NCBI GenBank assembly: GCA_044892525.1 | Contig: CM097888.1 | Span: 51,398,001 to 51,462,000 of the forward strand | DNA length: 64,000 nt | From: Schmidtea polychroa | Taxonomy: Eukaryota | Reading direction: 5' to 3' | Shown here: piece after piece, positions 61,620 through 64,000 of the stretch | Position numbering within the stretch: the first letter of the stretch is position 1 | Layout: each line of letters begins with the position of its first letter | The notes under the pieces: model-generated | Databases searched by the model: none | Seen by the model: the letters and a program-made list of their open reading frames with translations, nothing else | What the model was told of the DNA's origin: nothing | Translations under genes and position numbers: made by a program

Positions 61620-62760
61620 AATTCAATACTAAATTCACTGAACAATTCAAAGCGGAAATTTATGAGCGAAAATGCAGGCATTGATTTAATATGGCTTATC
61701 AAATATCGATTTTGATCAATCGGATTCAATTTATGAATCATACAAGAAATCGATAATGTGGATCAATGACCAATGAGAGTTACGGATAAATAATTTGATC
61801 TTCCGACACGCAAGGCACATTTAGATCAATAATTATGGCGATTGATTTATTAATTTTGGCACAATTATTGATTTGATGCGCATTTATCTCACAGATTTCC
61901 AGAAGAAATCAGAAGAATTTTATGGAAATAATTCGAAATTAAATGCGAATACTCAAATTGAATGAATAATTTATTTTAATTCACTGGATTATCCTTTGAA
62001 TATTCGTTCATCGTTTGGATCCATCATCCCTCTCCCATGCATGACCAACATTTTGGAAACTTTTTGTTTAATTTCATTTATATTTTCTACTTTTCAGTGC
62101 AGTACTATGATGTGAGTGAAATCCTGTTACGCATACAAAATTATTAACACAAATGATAAGTTGATAGAGTTGGTAAACCATGTCCCAGGGTAAAGATCCA
62201 AAATTGAATGAATTACGAGTGTGGAGTTTAATAAAGTTTCAATAGGAACAAAACTAAATAATGAATAACGCGTTCATTATATAAAACCCAACAATATTGA
62301 AACTTTATTTATAATACAATTTGACACCAAGCCCTGATTAGTTCAATTGCATAGAATATAAGATTTTCAATCGCAACAAATTCTCTACATTACAATATCG
62401 ATGGATCTTAAAATGAGAGATTACATGAATTTGGCTTTGGCTTTTTTGCTTTCTCTCACACATTTAAAATTTGCACTTGGTTTGGATACTGATGCGTTTC
62501 TTTGAATATTTCAGGGATTCACAAGTCAGAGGGAAATGTCAGAAATTATGTTACGCGATAATGGGAATAATTTTGTTGCATCTATATCCGAAATATTAAC
62601 ATTTAAATTGAATACATTAATGAAAACAATAACAGAAAATAGAGTCAAATGATTTATAATCCATCTCAAGCTTCTCGTTTTGCTGGAATCTTTGAAAAAA
62701 TGATAAAATCCGTAAAATGGGCGATAAAGCTAGTTTTGCCAAAGGCTGATGTCACAAAGA
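61620..62760 (+). pseudogene. Highly degenerate BEL/Pao retrotransposon remnant (RT-RH to integrase)
   Basis: Fragments SIFDQ (SIFDP-like), LDTDAFL..F...R....DNGNNFVAS and NPSQASRFAGIFEKMIKSVKWAI match BEL integrase motifs. Confidence 0.75.
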
Positions 62761-64000
62761 ATCGAGGAGGTTCCAATGTCAGAATGCTGCAAATTGGAAG
62801 ACGATTGATATAATACCGATAAACTACAGAATACCGTTAACAGTGAAAGAGTGTTAAAATGGATTTATGAGCACCGATTTATCTCAGACTGGCGAAAGCA
62901 ATGAACAAATCAAACAGATATGATGAATGCAAATTCATCATTCAGGTCCATTAAGAGAAAGTTAACGGAAAACTATTCCGAAGCGAAAAACTCTTTTTTT
63001 AATTTTACTGGAACTTGTACTGGAACTTCGATAGCATCGCATACAAGATAACTTTTACACGCATTACAATGGACAGGAATGAATAACCAAGTTTAAAGAT
63101 TAAGACCAATGCAAAAAATTGGATTTCTTATAAGAATATTCATCACACATTCTAAATATTTGAATACAGGGAAGCATATTTGGAACGAGTAAGCAACACG
63201 AAGTACAAAATGCATTAGTACAAAATACTTATTAAGAAATAGAAACATAAGCATTGAAACAGAAACAAAATTAAAAGAAGCGAAGGAAATACAAAAGTTG
63301 AGCATAGTTGTATGAACAATAAAAGATTCATGGGATAGATATAAATCATTCATTTAATAACAACACAACATTAGAAACAGAAAGATAGAAATGACAAATT
63401 CGGGTAGTTAGCAAGATAAAGAAAAAACCTTTATCCATAGAACAGTAGAAACATTTTGGTATACTATTTGGGAACTTGCAATAAGAACAAGAATAACTTA
63501 CTAGGAAGACTGATTCAAGTTTAACAAATACACAACGACAAAAAAAAGAATGATTGAAAGGGTAATCAAAAGATCGCAATACACATAGGCCAAAATCGTT
63601 TAACCAAAAGTCAGGAGCCCTATAAAAATAAGGGAGCAATAAACTTGTATATTTGGATAAATTGAGAAAATACGTGCAAAGTCAGCCCAGCCTTAAACTT
63701 AGAAAACAGATTTAATTTAGAAAAGTAAAATCCAAAGACACCAAAGAAAGGCATTAAAATGAAACGATAAAATCTTTATGTGAACTCGATTAACAGAAAG
63801 GTACTTGGAGAGGAACAAGACTTAAACAAAAGTGAATAACGACCTAAAAGGAACAAACGAGGAAATCATTTGAAATATAAACCATAAAATGTAATGAGCA
63901 AATACGATATATGCAGTCTAAAGGTAAATGTCACGTAAGATAGAAAAGCTAACGATAACTTAACCAAAATCTAGCAAAGAAACTGATAGAGAATAGAAAG

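Overview
AT-rich metazoan genomic DNA with six N-gaps. The GPCR family, the 18S fragment and the base composition fit a flatworm or planarian-like host (inference only). Host genes: a beta-TrCP/FBXW1-11 orthologue on the minus strand (two exons visible, 6.8-kb intron); four intronless orphan rhodopsin-like GPCRs, two of them in a near-identical 2.6-kb inverted duplication; and a three-exon ~680-aa orphan nuclear-type protein. The rest is nested mobile DNA: a young, almost intact Ty3/gypsy element (228-bp LTRs, -1 frameshift signal), degenerate gypsy and BEL/Pao remnants, two Penelope-like GIY-YIG fragments (one with a minimal hammerhead ribozyme), hAT, MULE and Harbinger remnants and MITEs, a 290-bp tandem array and an 18S rDNA pseudogene fragment. 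The most unusual signal is a family of very long TG..CA-bounded elements with 4-bp TSDs, probably giant solo LTRs: 23291-26916 (-), 32278-36645 (+) and a truncated third copy starting at 13549 (-). All three have a CCAAT/TATA promoter and a 24-25-nt first exon that is duplicated at the 3' end of its own mini-intron. The two complete copies also carry a decayed antisense gene, an intact uncharacterised ~250-aa CxxC/coiled-coil ORF and a 3' module with covarying RNA helices. All analysis was done by eye with no database searches.
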